A stretch of 54,026 nucleotides of DNA from Opitutia bacterium (GTDB lineage Bacteria > Verrucomicrobiota > Verrucomicrobiia > Opitutales > T3Sed10-336), in NCBI GenBank assembly GCA_050506795.1, contig JBJHCF010000038.1, positions 1 to 54,026 on the forward strand. Reading direction: 5' to 3'. Positions 28,629-38,807 of the stretch are shown here, piece after piece. Position 1 is the stretch's first letter. Every line of letters starts with the position of its first letter. Under the pieces are notes generated by a model, which worked only from the letters and a program-made list of their open reading frames with translations, did no database searches and was not told where the DNA came from. Position numbers and translations under genes: made by a program.

Positions 28629-29144
28629 ATGAGCCAAGCGAAACATTCATTTAGGGGCCCCAGGGAAGACAAAGTCGAATCCGAGTTTGTCGACAAGGTC
28701 GTCAACATCAACCGCTGCGCCAAAGTGGTCAAAGGCGGTCGTCGCTTCAGCTTTTCCTCGCTGGTTGTTACCGGCGATGGCAAGGGCCGCGTCGGCGTCG
28801 GTTACGGGAAAGCGAACGAAGTGCCGGAGGCGATTCGCAAGGGTACGGAGCGCGCTCACAAAAATTTGATCACTATCAAACTCAAGGGAGACACGATTCC
28901 CCACTGGGTGATGGGCGAAGCCGATGGAGGAAAGGTTCTTCTCCGCCCGGCCAGTGAGGGTACCGGCGTTATCGCGGGCGGTGGAGTGCGCGCGGTATTG
29001 GAAGCGGTCGGCATCAAAAACGTGCTGTCAAAGTCGCTTGGATCCAACAATCATGTGGCGGTGGTGAATGCCACGTTGAACGGGCTGCGTCAGTTGCGTT
29101 CCGCCGACGAAATCCGGATCCTGCGGGAATCGCAGCCGGACTGA
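28629..29144 (+). CDS. rpsE: 30S ribosomal protein S5
   Basis: [11 protein letters not shown] and GTGVIAGG. Confidence 0.99.
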   Translation: MSQAKHSFRGPREDKVESEFVDKVVNINRCAKVVKGGRRFSFSSLVVTGDGKGRVGVGYGKANEVPEAIRKGTERAHKNLITIKLKGDTIPHWVMGEADGGKVLLRPASEGTGVIAGGGVRAVLEAVGIKNVLSKSLGSNNHVAVVNATLNGLRQLRSADEIRILRESQPD

Positions 29145-29165
29145 GGGGCATAGGAGATATTTTCA

Positions 29166-29618
29166 ATGAGATTACACTCTCTTAAAAACACTGAAGGCGC
29201 CGTTCGGCGTCGCAAGCGAGTCGGTTGCGGTGAAGGCTCCGGCCGGGGCAAAACCTCCGGACGCGGGGGCAAAGGGCAAACCGCCCGCTCCGGCGGAAGC
29301 ATTCGTCCAGGTTTTGAGGGCGGTCAGATGCCGCTCTATCGACGCCTGCCGCAACGCGGATTTAACAACAAGAACTTCCGCACCGAGTACGCGGTGGTGA
29401 ACCTGAGCACACTGGATCGCCTGGAGGGAGTCGATGCTATCGACCGTGACCTTCTGGTGGAGAAAGGGGTGATCGGCGCCAGCGACGGACGAGTAAAAAT
29501 TCTGGCCCAGGGAGAAATCTCTCGGGCGGTCAAGGTTACCGCCCACAAGTTCTCAGCCGCCGCCAAACAAAAGATTGAAGCGGCCGGGGGTGAAGCGATC
29601 GTGGTAGACGCCGCTTAA
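29166..29618 (+). CDS. rplO: 50S ribosomal protein L15
   Basis: [20 protein letters not shown] and FEGGQMPL. Confidence 0.99.
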   Translation: MRLHSLKNTEGAVRRRKRVGCGEGSGRGKTSGRGGKGQTARSGGSIRPGFEGGQMPLYRRLPQRGFNNKNFRTEYAVVNLSTLDRLEGVDAIDRDLLVEKGVIGASDGRVKILAQGEISRAVKVTAHKFSAAAKQKIEAAGGEAIVVDAA

Positions 29619-29667
29619 GGCGTCCACGGCCCCGTTACCACCTCTTACCGCCGAAGAAATTCAGGCC

Positions 29668-31167
29668 ATGTTGTCCGCCTTTACCAATTGCCTAAAGATT
29701 CCCGATCTTCGCCAGAAGATCCTCTTCACGCTCGGCCTCCTGTTTGTGGCCCGGGTCGGTGCCAATATTCCGCTTCCCGGTTTGGATCCGGTACCGCTGC
29801 AGGCCTTTTTTGAAGACCAGGCCGGAACCGGGGCGGCGGGGGACCTGTTGGGACTGTATAACATGTTCACCGGCGGAGCCCTCCTGATGGGTGCCGTATG
29901 CGCTCTGGGGATTATGCCCTACATCAGTGCGGCGATTATTTTCCAGTTGATGACCGCGGTGGTTCCCACTCTCTCCCGGCTTCAGCGGGAGGGAGATGTC
30001 GGAAGGCAGAAGATCACTCAGTATACCCGTTACGCCACGGTTGGTATTTGTCTGGTTCAAGGGGTCCTTTTGATCCTGGCACTGGACAATCCGGGGCGCC
30101 TGTTTCCCGGGTATAGTATTGAGGAATACGGACAAATCATTATCACGAGTCGAACGTGGTTCCTTATCACCGGTACCCTGTTCCTGACCGCGGGGACGAT
30201 TCTCCTGATGTGGCTCGGAGAGCAGATCACCCAGAAAGGAGTCGGCAACGGCATCGGACTGCTGATCACGGTCGGAATTCTGGCGGACCTGCCGGGTGCC
30301 GCGGCGCAGACCTATCGTCTGTTCTTCGCTCCGGTCGGTGTGGAACGGCTCGGGGCCGGCCAGGCGATTCTCATGTTCGGTCTCCTGATCGGAGTGATCG
30401 CGGCGATTGTGGCGGTGGTTCAGGCCCAACGCAAGGTCCCGGTGCACTACGCGAAGCGGGTGGTGGGCCGCAAGGTCTACGGGGGGCAGAGCTCCTATCT
30501 GCCGCTCAAGGTCAACTACTCCGGGGTCATGCCGGTGATTTTCGCCAGCGCCATCCTCATGTTCCCTCAACAGATCCTGTCCCAGCTCGGCGCCGCCCTC
30601 GACCTGCGGTTCCTGATCGATGTAGCCGACTATTTGATGCGCGGAACCATGACCTACTACATTGTGATGGCGGCGCTGATCATGGGCTTCAGTTATTTCT
30701 GGGTTTCGATCATGTTCAAACCCATCCAGATCGCGGACGATCTGAAAAAGTACGGGGGTTACATCCCCGGGGTTCGTCCCGGTGAACCTACGGCCCGCTA
30801 CCTCGACTTCATCATGACCCGGCTCACTCTGGCCGGCGGCATCTTCCTCACGATTATTGCCATCATGCCGGACATCGCGTTGTTCACCTACAACGTTCCC
30901 GGACGGATTGCCATGTTCTTCGGCGGTACCGGAATGCTGATCGCGGTCGGCGTGGTTCTCCAGTTGATGCAGCAGGTGGAAACTCATCTTCTGCAGCGTC
31001 ATTACGACGGTTTCCTGCGGAAAGGGCGGATTCGGGCGCGTAGCAATCGTCGCGAACCGACCCGCATGGTGGACACTTCGGAACTGAAGAATGTGGGAAT
31101 TCTTTGGATCGTTCTGGGGACCCTTCTGATTCTTGGCCTTGCTGCCTGGGCTCTTCAGCAGTTTTAA
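29668..31167 (+). CDS. secY: Preprotein translocase subunit SecY with a C-terminal extension
   Basis: ALGIMPYISA, WLGEQIT..GVGNG, LPLKVN..GVMPVIFA, IPGVRPG and GGTG.LI.VGV; canonical end RHYDGFL followed by ~50 extra aa. Confidence 0.99.
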   Translation: MLSAFTNCLKIPDLRQKILFTLGLLFVARVGANIPLPGLDPVPLQAFFEDQAGTGAAGDLLGLYNMFTGGALLMGAVCALGIMPYISAAIIFQLMTAVVPTLSRLQREGDVGRQKITQYTRYATVGICLVQGVLLILALDNPGRLFPGYSIEEYGQIIITSRTWFLITGTLFLTAGTILLMWLGEQITQKGVGNGIGLLITVGILADLPGAAAQTYRLFFAPVGVERLGAGQAILMFGLLIGVIAAIVAVVQAQRKVPVHYAKRVVGRKVYGGQSSYLPLKVNYSGVMPVIFASAILMFPQQILSQLGAALDLRFLIDVADYLMRGTMTYYIVMAALIMGFSYFWVSIMFKPIQIADDLKKYGGYIPGVRPGEPTARYLDFIMTRLTLAGGIFLTIIAIMPDIALFTYNVPGRIAMFFGGTGMLIAVGVVLQLMQQVETHLLQRHYDGFLRKGRIRARSNRREPTRMVDTSELKNVGILWIVLGTLLILGLAAWALQQF

Positions 31168-31236
31168 CCTCGTTCCGTCCGGGGCGACCGGCGCCCGCTG
31201 GATTGCCCCCGGGCGGAGCCGATTGTCAACTTCTAC

Positions 31237-31911
31237 TTGTCAATTTCGACCAGGACCAAATTCATCCTAATGGGGACGCCCGGTGCGGGGAAGGGGACTC
31301 TTGCCTCCGGATTGCGGGCGTTGCGCATTGAACATTTCTCTTCGGGCGAGTTGTTTCGGCAGGAGATCGAACGTCGCACGCCACTGGGCAGGTCGATAGA
31401 AGCGTCCATGGAGCGCGGTGAGTTGGTTTCCGACGAGGAGACTCTGCGACTGCTGCGGCAATGGTTTTGGGGCCGTCCAGCCTCCAGCGGGTTTCTCCTG
31501 GATGGTTTTCCGCGAACATTGCCACAGGCGGTCGCCTTTGACGAGTGGCTGGATGCCCGGCAGGAATGCCTGACCGGATGCCTGTTGCTTGAATTGCCCG
31601 AGGAGGCTACGGTAAAACGACTGACCGGAAGGCGGGTTTGCCCCCGGGATGGACGAGTGTATCACCTGGAAGCCGACCCGCCGGCGCAAGAGGGGATCTG
31701 TGATGACTGTGGGACCAAGCTGGTGCGGCGCGAAGACGACGAGGAATCAGTGGTGCGTCACCGTTACGAGCTTTACCGCGAGAGTTCGCAGCCTCTGGTG
31801 GAGCACTATCATCACCAGGGGTTGCTTTGGCGGTTTTCCGGCGATGGCAAACCGGAAGAATTGGTTGACCGGGTTTATAATGCCTTCCAGCTGAATCCTA
31901 TTGAAAAATGA
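31237..31911 (+). CDS. adk: Adenylate kinase (zinc-LID type); TTG start uncertain
   Basis: GTPGAGKGT, FLLDGFPRT, LID CPRD..CDDC and RREDD. Confidence 0.93.
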   Translation: MSISTRTKFILMGTPGAGKGTLASGLRALRIEHFSSGELFRQEIERRTPLGRSIEASMERGELVSDEETLRLLRQWFWGRPASSGFLLDGFPRTLPQAVAFDEWLDARQECLTGCLLLELPEEATVKRLTGRRVCPRDGRVYHLEADPPAQEGICDDCGTKLVRREDDEESVVRHRYELYRESSQPLVEHYHHQGLLWRFSGDGKPEELVDRVYNAFQLNPIEK

Positions 31912-32675
31912 TCCCGATCAAGACCGCCGAGGAAGTCGAGCGAATGAAAGCAGCGTGCCGCATTGCGGCCGAAGTGCTTGCCGCTTTGGAGCAGGAGGTG
32001 ACGGTCGGGGTGAACACCTACGACCTCGATCAATTCGCCCGGCGGGAAATTGAGAAACGCGGGGCAGTCAGCGCCTGCCACAATTACCGGATAGGTTCTC
32101 AATGTTTTCCCAGCTACAGTTGCATCTCCGTAAACGAAGAGGTGGTTCACGGAATCGGTTCGCTCAAGAGAGTTATCGGGGAGGGTGACGTGGTGGCACT
32201 CGATGTGGTGGTCAGCCACGATGGGTATATTGGCGATAACGCCCGTACCATCCGGGTGGGTCAGGTCAATCCGGATGTGGATCGATTGGTCTCCGTCACG
32301 GAGGAGGCGTTGTGGGCGGGAATCGCCGTGGCCCGATCCGGCAATCGGGTGGGTGATATTTCCCACGCCATTCAGAAGTACGTCGAAACACGCCGCCTTT
32401 CCATAGTCAGAGAGTTCGTTGGGCACGGGGTGGGGGCTTCCATGCACGAAGAGCCGCAGATCCCAAACTTCGGCCGCCGGGGTACCGGCCCAAAGCTGCG
32501 GCCCGGTATGGCCTTGGCGATCGAACCGATGGTGAATCTCGGCCGGCCCGAGGTTAAGGTGCTGAATGACGGGTGGACCGTCGTGACCAGCGACGGATTT
32601 CCCTCGGCCCACTTTGAGCACACGGTGCTTGTGACCGAGGATGAACCGGAAATTCTCACTTTATTAAAAAAATAA
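31908..32675 (+). CDS. map: Type I methionine aminopeptidase
   Basis: CISVNEEVVHG, GHGVG..HEEP, AIEPM and SAHFEHT. Confidence 0.98.
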   Translation: MIPIKTAEEVERMKAACRIAAEVLAALEQEVTVGVNTYDLDQFARREIEKRGAVSACHNYRIGSQCFPSYSCISVNEEVVHGIGSLKRVIGEGDVVALDVVVSHDGYIGDNARTIRVGQVNPDVDRLVSVTEEALWAGIAVARSGNRVGDISHAIQKYVETRRLSIVREFVGHGVGASMHEEPQIPNFGRRGTGPKLRPGMALAIEPMVNLGRPEVKVLNDGWTVVTSDGFPSAHFEHTVLVTEDEPEILTLLKK

Positions 32676-32704
32676 TTGCCAAACGGTTTTCAGCCCCCTA
32701 ATTT
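32676..32704 (+). promoter_or_regulatory. Putative alpha operon promoter
   Basis: TTGCCA-N17-TAATTT preceded by an A-rich tract. Confidence 0.55.
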
Positions 32705-32744
32705 CTTCTGTTTCTACACACTACTACTCTAATCGCAAAGACTT

Positions 32745-33119
32745 ATGCCGCGCCTACTTGGAGTTGACATTCCTAACAATAAAAAGATCGAATACGCACT
32801 TCGTTACATTTACGGGATCGGGCCAACGCTCTCCCGCGACATTGTCGCGACTTCTGAAATTGATCCCAATACACGTGCCCAGGATCTCACCGAGGAACAG
32901 CTCAATAAGCTGACGGCGTTGATTACTGAACGCAACTATCTGGTAGAGGGTGACTTGCGTCGATCGATCGCAGCGAATCTGAAACGCTTGCAGGCGATCA
33001 ACTGTTGCCGGGGTATCCGTCACCGTCGGGGGCTCCCGGTTCGCGGCCAACGTACCAGCACCAATGCCCGGACCCGAAAAGGCGCCAGGCGCACGGTTGG
33101 GGTGATGAAGAAGAAGTAA
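32745..33119 (+). CDS. rpsM: 30S ribosomal protein S13
   Basis: [15 protein letters not shown] and [18 protein letters not shown]. Confidence 0.99.
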   Translation: MPRLLGVDIPNNKKIEYALRYIYGIGPTLSRDIVATSEIDPNTRAQDLTEEQLNKLTALITERNYLVEGDLRRSIAANLKRLQAINCCRGIRHRRGLPVRGQRTSTNARTRKGARRTVGVMKKK

Positions 33120-33161
33120 TAAAAAACCAACTCATTTTCGAGTATTTCTAATAGATTGACT

Positions 33162-33731
33162 ATGGCGACAGAAGAATCAGCCTCTCCCGAAAAAGAGCCG
33201 AAGCCGGAAGGCGCGGCGACTCCGTCCGCGGAGGAGACCAAGCCGGTGGCGGAAACCGGCTCCACACCGGAAAACCCGGAGGGCGCCACAAGCGAGGAGG
33301 CTCCGAAAAAGGAGGTGACCGCGGCCGACCTTCTGAAGGCGGACATTGGTGCGATCAAGGTTCGCAAGGCCAAGGGAAGTAAAAACATCACTTCCGGCAT
33401 TGCCCACATTTTGGCGACCTTCAACAACACCAAGGTGGCGATTTCGGACCAGAAAGGTAACATTATTTCCTGGTCCAGCGCGGGTAAAATGAACTTTCGC
33501 GGATCGCGGAAATCCACCGCCTACGCCGCCCAAGTGGTGACTCAGGACGCGGCCAAAGCGGCCATGGCCCACGGCTTGAAAGAGGTGGTGGTACACGTCA
33601 AGGGCCCTGGCATGGGGCGTGACTCCGCCGTACGGGCCTTACAGGCTGTCGGGCTTGACGTTATTTCCATCGTTGATACCACTCCGGTTCCGCACAACGG
33701 CTGCCGTCCGCCCAAGCGTCGCCGCGTATAA
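33162..33731 (+). CDS. rpsK: 30S ribosomal protein S11 with an acidic N-terminal extension
   Basis: [16 protein letters not shown] and [15 protein letters not shown]. Confidence 0.98.
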   Translation: MATEESASPEKEPKPEGAATPSAEETKPVAETGSTPENPEGATSEEAPKKEVTAADLLKADIGAIKVRKAKGSKNITSGIAHILATFNNTKVAISDQKGNIISWSSAGKMNFRGSRKSTAYAAQVVTQDAAKAAMAHGLKEVVVHVKGPGMGRDSAVRALQAVGLDVISIVDTTPVPHNGCRPPKRRRV

Positions 33732-33774
33732 TCCGCACCTCGCGGCCCATTTTTAAGAAGGATCATCACCACTC

Positions 33775-34383
33775 ATGGCTCGTTATACTGGACCTACCAC
33801 GCGAATCAGCCGGCGCTTTGGACAGCCCATCATGGGCTCCAACAAGTCGTTCGAGAAGAAGAACTATCCTCCCGGGGTACACGGACCGCGGTTGCGCCGC
33901 AAGGTGTCCGAGTATTCCATCGGCTTGAACGAAAAACAGAAGCTGCGCTACGCTTATGGACTGATGGAGAAGCAGTTCCGGCGCCTTTTTGAGCGTGCCA
34001 AACGCGAGCGGGGTGTTACCGGTGATCGTTTCCTTCAGCTTCTGGAGACCCGCCTCGACAGCGTCGTTTATCAGCTTGGTTTTGCGCGGAGCCGTCAGGC
34101 CGCCCGGCAGTTTGTCAATCATGGACATATTCGGGTCAACGGCCACAAGGTGGATATTCCGAGCTACACGGTGAAAAGCGGAGATGAAATCGAAGTGAAA
34201 CCGTCGGCGTCCTCAAGGCAGCTCGCCACTCGCAATCTCGAAGAAACCCGAGCCCGCACGGTTCCTTCCTGGCTGACTTTGCAGGAAGATGCCCTCAAGG
34301 CTACCGTCACTCGTCTGCCGGAACGCGACGATATCGAACCGCTCGTGAATGAGCAGTTGATCGTTGAGTTTTACAGCCGTTAA
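33775..34383 (+). CDS. rpsD: 30S ribosomal protein S4
   Basis: MARYTGP, LETRLD, QFVNHGH and LIVEFYSR. Confidence 0.99.
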   Translation: MARYTGPTTRISRRFGQPIMGSNKSFEKKNYPPGVHGPRLRRKVSEYSIGLNEKQKLRYAYGLMEKQFRRLFERAKRERGVTGDRFLQLLETRLDSVVYQLGFARSRQAARQFVNHGHIRVNGHKVDIPSYTVKSGDEIEVKPSASSRQLATRNLEETRARTVPSWLTLQEDALKATVTRLPERDDIEPLVNEQLIVEFYSR

Positions 34384-34452
34384 TTCCGAATTTTCTGCTT
34401 TCTCCGCGGTTTAGCCGCGGGAATCAGAGAAAAAATTTATTCCATTGGTATC

Positions 34453-35454
34453 ATGCCACGACGTTTAGGAAAATTCGAATTGCCAAATCGCTTGGTCAAA
34501 AGTGAAGAGGGATCCAGCGACACCTACTGTAAGTTTACCGCCGAGCCGTTTGAAACCGGGTACGGACATTCGATCGGCAACTCTTTGCGCCGGGTATTGA
34601 TGAGCTCGATCGAGGGTGCGGCGATAGCTTGTGTAAAAATCGACGGAGTCAACCACGAATTCCAGAGTATGGATGGAGTGGTGGAGGATGTTTCCGATTT
34701 TGTGCTCAACCTTAAAAAGGTGCTGATCGTGGCCGATCAGAAGGAATCGGCCCGGCTGGTGATTGATGTGAATCGGGAAGGGCCGATCACCGCCGGCGAC
34801 ATCGAGGAGGAGTCCGGAATTCGAATTATCAATCCGGATCAGCACCTTTGCACCCTGAGCAAGGAACGACGCTTCTACGCGGAGCTGGATATCCGTGTGG
34901 GCCGTGGTTATTGTTCGGGAGACGATAATAAGAAGGAGGATCAGAGCATCGGCGAGATTCCCATCGATTCGCTTTTCAGTCCGGTGAAGCTGGTCAAATA
35001 CTCGGTTGAAAACACCCGGGTTGGGCAGGTGACGGATTACGACAAGCTTATCCTGGAAATTTGGACTGACGGCCGGGTCACCCCGGAGGACGCCCTCAAA
35101 CAGTCCGCCGCGATCCTCAAGCATCACCTGACTGTTTTCGATCAGGTCTCCGATGAGGAGGTCGAATTTGAAGACGAAGGTTCCGAAGCCAGCGAGGAAC
35201 AGAACCGTCTGCGGAAATTGCTCAATATGAGTGTCAACGAAATTGAGCTCTCCGTGCGTGCCGCCAACTGTCTCAACAACGCCAACATCACGACGGTTGG
35301 CGAACTGGCGATGAAATCTGAGCAGGAGATGCTCAAATACCGCAACTTTGGCAAGAAGTCGCTCAACGAGATCAAAGACAAACTCGAACAACTCGGATTG
35401 TCGCTGGGTATGAAAATCGACGAGCGCCTGCTCGAGCGTAAAAACGACCTTTAA
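34453..35454 (+). CDS. rpoA: DNA-directed RNA polymerase subunit alpha
   Basis: GNSLRRVL, TDYDKL and ELSVRAANCL..NFGKKSL. Confidence 0.99.
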   Translation: MPRRLGKFELPNRLVKSEEGSSDTYCKFTAEPFETGYGHSIGNSLRRVLMSSIEGAAIACVKIDGVNHEFQSMDGVVEDVSDFVLNLKKVLIVADQKESARLVIDVNREGPITAGDIEEESGIRIINPDQHLCTLSKERRFYAELDIRVGRGYCSGDDNKKEDQSIGEIPIDSLFSPVKLVKYSVENTRVGQVTDYDKLILEIWTDGRVTPEDALKQSAAILKHHLTVFDQVSDEEVEFEDEGSEASEEQNRLRKLLNMSVNEIELSVRAANCLNNANITTVGELAMKSEQEMLKYRNFGKKSLNEIKDKLEQLGLSLGMKIDERLLERKNDL

Positions 35455-35477
35455 ACCACTACACACCTTTCGCTGCC

Positions 35478-36038
35478 ATGCGCCACCTGAAACACAGGAA
35501 TCAACTCGGGGTAAAGAAGGAACACCGTACCGCCCTGATCGCGAATCTCGCCTCCGCACTCATCAAAGAAGGCCGGATCACCACCACGCTTAAGAAGGCG
35601 AAAGCCTTGCGACCCTTTGCCGAAAAGCTGGTCACACTGGCCAAGAACGGGGAGTTGCACCATCGCCGTCTGGCGGTAGCGCGTATCCGCGACCGGGAAG
35701 CGGTGAGGATTCTTTTCGATGAAAAAGTGGAGGAATTCCGTTCCCGCAACGGCGGGTACACCCGGATTTACAAGATCGGCACCCGAATCGGCGATGCCGC
35801 GGAGATGGCGTTGATCGAATGGGTGGGAGCGGATGACGTCGGCTACCGCTCGACTCGCCGCAAGCCCGGCAAGAAAACGGTTCCCGCACCCGCCCCCGAG
35901 ACCGAGGAAGCAAAAGCCGCGGGCGAAGCCGAACCAAAAGCCGAAGATTCTGATACCGAGGTGGAGAACGCGGAGACCTCGGAGGAACCTGAGGCCGATT
36001 CCGCCGCGCCGGAGGATGAAAAAAAGGAGCAAAAGTAA
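35478..36038 (+). CDS. rplQ: 50S ribosomal protein L17 with an acidic C-terminal extension
   Basis: MRH, ITTTLKKAK and GGYTRI..RIGDAAEMA. Confidence 0.98.
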   Translation: MRHLKHRNQLGVKKEHRTALIANLASALIKEGRITTTLKKAKALRPFAEKLVTLAKNGELHHRRLAVARIRDREAVRILFDEKVEEFRSRNGGYTRIYKIGTRIGDAAEMALIEWVGADDVGYRSTRRKPGKKTVPAPAPETEEAKAAGEAEPKAEDSDTEVENAETSEEPEADSAAPEDEKKEQK

Positions 36039-36070
36039 CCTTTTTCAGGCAAAGGTGATTTGCCTCCCGC

Positions 36071-36109
36071 AAGCGCGTCTTCTTGAACCGGAGGACGCGC
36101 TTCGTTTTT
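36071..36109 (+). terminator. Intrinsic terminator after rplQ
   Basis: AAGCGCGTCTTC-loop-GAGGACGCGCTT followed by CGTTTTT. Confidence 0.65.
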
Positions 36110-36149
36110 ACTGCTGGGGCCGATTCGCCACACCCGGGGAGGAGTTGCC

Positions 36150-36383
36150 GTGTTCAGCGTCGACCTGACTGTGGGAGCCCTCATCTACCTTTTCAGTGCC
36201 GTGGGTCTGATTCTGGCACTGTGGTTTTACGCGGATTTTCGCGATAAGAATTTGTACGAAGCGGAACGCAAGAAGGTGATTTTCCATTGTATTAAATGTG
36301 ATAAGATCTACGCGACCAAGGCGGGTGCGGAAACCTGTCATTGTCCTCGTTGTGGCTTCAACAACGCTCGTCTTAAATTTTGA
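36150..36383 (+). CDS. Small membrane protein with a C-terminal zinc ribbon
   Basis: GGAGGAG before GTG; one TM helix; CIKC..CPRC; stop 5 bp before the guaA ATG. Confidence 0.75.
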   Translation: MFSVDLTVGALIYLFSAVGLILALWFYADFRDKNLYEAERKKVIFHCIKCDKIYATKAGAETCHCPRCGFNNARLKF

Positions 36384-36388
36384 ATACC

Positions 36389-37927
36389 ATGCATCAGACG
36401 ATTGCCGTCCTTGATTTCGGATCTCAATACACTCAGTTGATCGCCCGGCGAATCCGCGAGTGTCACGTCTATTCGAAGATTTATCATTTTGGAGTCAAAG
36501 CGGCTGAACTGAAACGGGACGGAGTTTGCGGGATCGTGCTGTCTGGCGGCCCTTCCAGCGTTTTTGCCCGTCGGGCCCCTTTGCCCGACAAGAAGATTTT
36601 CGAACTGGGGGTTCCGGTGCTGGGAATCTGCTACGGCTTACAGTTGATGACCCACTTGCTGGACGGGGTCGTGGAGGAAACCGACCGCCGCGAGTACGGT
36701 CACTCGACGTTGGAGATTTCAGACAAGACCCTCTTGCTACAAGGCATCTCGCGCAGTATCCGGGTGTGGAATTCCCACGGGGACCGGGTGATCAAACTGC
36801 CGCGCGGCTTCCAGGGAACCGCGCGAACCGGAAACTCGAGTTTTGCCACAATCGAGCACCGCAAGAAGAAGCTCTTCGGTCTTCAGTTTCATCCCGAAGT
36901 CTCCCACACCGAGCAGGGGCTGCTCATCATCCAGAACTTTCTGACCAAAATCTGCGGCTGCCGGGGGGATTGGTCCATGGCGGATTTCCTTGAACAGTCC
37001 GTTCAGGCGATACGGGAGAAGGTGGGCGATAAAAGGGTGATCCTCGGACTGAGCGGCGGGGTGGACTCTTCGGTGGCCGCGGCGTTGATCCACCGGGCCA
37101 TTGGCAGTCGCCTGCAGTGCGTTTTTGTCGACAACGGACTTCTGCGATTGCACGAGCGTGATGCCGTCGTGAATCTCTTTAGCCGGAACTTCAAAATGAA
37201 TCTCAAGGTAGTGCGCGCCAGTTCGCTCTTCCTGGGGAAACTCAAAGGGGTCACCGATCCCGAGCGCAAACGCAAGATCATCGGCAAAACCTTTATCGAG
37301 GTTTTCGACGACGTCGTGCGTTCGATCGGCCAGGTCGACTTTCTGGCGCAGGGAACCCTGTACCCGGATGTGATCGAAAGTGTGGCCATCGACGGGAATC
37401 CCGCTTCCCTGATCAAAAGTCACCATAACGTCGGTGGGCTTCCCAAGCGGATGAAATTGAAACTCCTGGAACCGCTGCGGGAGCTCTTTAAGGATGAGGT
37501 GCGGTTGCTGGGCGAGGAACTCGGTCTCCCGCGAGAGGTGCTGCTGCGGCAACCGTTTCCCGGACCGGGTCTCGGGGTGCGGGTGATCGGAGCCATCACC
37601 CCCGGGAATCTCCGGGTGCTGAGGGAAGCCGACGCCATTCTCAATGAGGAAATGACCGCCTCCGGCTACTACTACAAGGTTTGGCAGTCTTTTGCCGTGT
37701 TCCTGCCGGTGCGCTCGGTGGGAGTGATGGGTGACAAGCGGACGTACGAGAATGTCATTGTTCTGCGTATCGTGGAAAGCCTGGACGCCATGACGGCGGA
37801 CTGGGTGCGCCTGCCCTATGAAATTTTGCAGACGGTTTCGACCCGTATCATCAACGAAGTCAAGGGGGTAAATCGGGTTTGTCTCGACATCAGCTCAAAA
37901 CCGCCTGGAACTATTGAGTGGGAATGA
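36389..37927 (+). CDS. guaA: GMP synthase (glutamine-hydrolysing)
   Basis: [40 protein letters not shown] and KPPGTIEWE. Confidence 0.99.
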   Translation: MHQTIAVLDFGSQYTQLIARRIRECHVYSKIYHFGVKAAELKRDGVCGIVLSGGPSSVFARRAPLPDKKIFELGVPVLGICYGLQLMTHLLDGVVEETDRREYGHSTLEISDKTLLLQGISRSIRVWNSHGDRVIKLPRGFQGTARTGNSSFATIEHRKKKLFGLQFHPEVSHTEQGLLIIQNFLTKICGCRGDWSMADFLEQSVQAIREKVGDKRVILGLSGGVDSSVAAALIHRAIGSRLQCVFVDNGLLRLHERDAVVNLFSRNFKMNLKVVRASSLFLGKLKGVTDPERKRKIIGKTFIEVFDDVVRSIGQVDFLAQGTLYPDVIESVAIDGNPASLIKSHHNVGGLPKRMKLKLLEPLRELFKDEVRLLGEELGLPREVLLRQPFPGPGLGVRVIGAITPGNLRVLREADAILNEEMTASGYYYKVWQSFAVFLPVRSVGVMGDKRTYENVIVLRIVESLDAMTADWVRLPYEILQTVSTRIINEVKGVNRVCLDISSKPPGTIEWE

Positions 37928-37970
37928 GTACGAACTTTATGGGTAAAAACACCTAAAACCAGAGGTCGAC

Positions 37971-38807
37971 ATGATGTTTTCAGTTTCTATTCGTTCTGTT
38001 CGCACTAGACTTTTCGTCTTAATTTCTGCCGCGGCGTTGTTTTTGACGAGTCTTGGGCTCCATGCGGAACCGACAACCGAAGAGGTCATCGCCAAAGCGC
38101 GCGAGTACCTGGGCGGAGATGAGGCGCTCAATGCGGTTCAGTCGCTGTATTATCGGGGCACCTTTGAAACCGCCGACGGGGTGGAAGGCGAGGTGGAGAT
38201 CATGTTCAAAAAGCCCCTTTTCCAACGGGTTGAGACCATCCGCGATGATATCACCGAGGTCACGGCTCTCAGTTATTACGACGGCTGGCGCAAGATCACC
38301 CAGCGCGATGATGAGGCGAACTGGACCATCGTTTTTCTTGATGCCGGCCAGATTCGCGAACTGCAGGCGAATACCTGGGAGAATCTCAACTTCTTTCAGG
38401 GCATCGAACGTCGTCGTGGCAGGATCGTCAACGACGGCCTGGTCGAGGTTGATGGACATACCTGCGTGAGACTGACCTTTGGTCACCCCGGCGGCATCTA
38501 TTTTGTTCGGTACTTCGATGCGGAAACGGGCCAGTTGCGCCTCACCGAGGCCTCCGGCGGCGGACAGATCCGCGAGGAGGGCATGCAGGAAGTGGCCGGT
38601 ATACGTTTTCCCGAGACCATCATCATGATGCAGGATGGCGATGAGTTGAATCGTATTCACTTTACGGAAATCGAGGTGAATCGGGAGTTCGATACGGAGC
38701 TCTTCGACGTGCCCTCCATGGCGCCCACGGGTGCCGACGGCGGGCTTCCGCGAGTTGAGGACCCCGATGATCCCTTGCTGGACCTGCCGGATCCGATCGA
38801 ACCATGA
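37971..38807 (+). CDS. Secreted LolA-like (outer-membrane lipoprotein-sorting family) protein
   Basis: Signal peptide ending LHA-E; EVIAKAREYLGGDEAL..VQSL, YFDAETG and RFP..IEVN..LF pattern; ATGA overlap with hisD. Confidence 0.65.
   Translation: MMFSVSIRSVRTRLFVLISAAALFLTSLGLHAEPTTEEVIAKAREYLGGDEALNAVQSLYYRGTFETADGVEGEVEIMFKKPLFQRVETIRDDITEVTALSYYDGWRKITQRDDEANWTIVFLDAGQIRELQANTWENLNFFQGIERRRGRIVNDGLVEVDGHTCVRLTFGHPGGIYFVRYFDAETGQLRLTEASGGGQIREEGMQEVAGIRFPETIIMMQDGDELNRIHFTEIEVNREFDTELFDVPSMAPTGADGGLPRVEDPDDPLLDLPDPIEP

Noticed and set aside
31170..31220. GC-rich hairpin between secY and adk (and one at 34392-34436) as a terminator or riboswitch
   Set aside because: No adjacent U-tract on the sense strand and no known aptamer motif; more likely processing or stability hairpins.
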